From positions 1-62,384 of IMG/VR virus record IMGVR_UViG_3300022542_000881: DNA of 62,384 bases. The stretch is one strand, 5' to 3'. Made by a program: the position numbers and the translations under genes. The number at the start of each line of letters is the position of its first letter. Position 1 is the first letter of the stretch. The notes beneath the pieces are model-generated. The model searched no databases. It worked only from the letters and a program-made list of their open reading frames with translations, and had not been told where the DNA came from. Positions 62,264-62,384 of the stretch are shown one piece after another. The DNA is from a virus.

Positions 62264-62384
62264 GTTAAGAAACTCTATTCCTTACAAGGACCATTATACC
62301 GCAAGGAAAATACTAATCTTATCAGGTGCACCATCAGAAGTGGTATCTAAGCCATATATCTGACGTTCAAGGGCAATGGTCCTA
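62244..62384. repeat. Terminal redundancy, copy 2
   Basis: Identical to 1-141. Confidence 0.9.

Noticed and set aside
62244-62384. Interpreting the 141-bp repeat as a genuine T7-like direct terminal repeat
   Set aside because: The repeat boundary falls inside the terS-terL operon and within coding sequence. Assembly circularisation is the simpler explanation, although only read-level data can settle it.

Overview
The window is a complete tailed dsDNA bacteriophage genome (Caudoviricetes) of about 62,243 bp. It is written with a 141-bp end overlap (1-141 is identical to 62244-62384), so it is a circular or circularly permuted assembly. The DNA is visibly AT-rich and densely coded, with many ATGA/TAATG start-stop overlaps. 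Strong Shine-Dalgarno sites of the form AAGGAGGACAC precede ATG, GTG and frequently TTG starts.

Two arms diverge from the intergenic region at about 480-1095.
- Plus-strand early, replication and nucleotide-metabolism arm (about 1.1-30.0 kb). It holds about 65 mostly small ORFs, an AEP primase-polymerase, an SNF2 helicase, a UvrD-like SF1 helicase, a family-A DNA polymerase, a DEDD exonuclease, a PD-(D/E)xK nuclease and a ThyA-fold enzyme.
- Minus-strand packaging, virion and lysis arm (62.26 down to 30.09 kb). It holds TerS, TerL, portal, scaffold, major capsid, many tail-associated proteins, a 2419-aa virion protein, a 769-aa fibre built from 14-aa repeats, and two peptidoglycan hydrolases.

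The most notable content is a translationally coupled trio at 25839-27774: a PurA-like enzyme, a MazG-like enzyme and a YfbR-like HD hydrolase, lying 1.4 kb from the PolA gene. This is the gene signature of the 2-aminoadenine (Z-base, diaminopurine) genome pathway (PurZ/MazZ/DatZ/DpoZ). The PurA-like protein looks unusually divergent in its catalytic motifs.

Other points of interest:
- A DUF2829 (Tad2-like, anti-Thoeris family) fusion protein.
- A family of near-consensus sigma70-type promoters on both strands, two of which embed the upstream stop codon in the -35 box.
- Several GC-rich, strongly structured non-coding islands in an otherwise AT-rich genome, including one directly upstream of the ThyA-like gene.
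- Two tandem tRNA-like elements that do not fold into full cloverleaves.
- Paralogous gene cassettes with sharply different GC content.
- One intact and one decayed HNH homing endonuclease.

All functional calls rest on motifs read by eye. No database search was possible.
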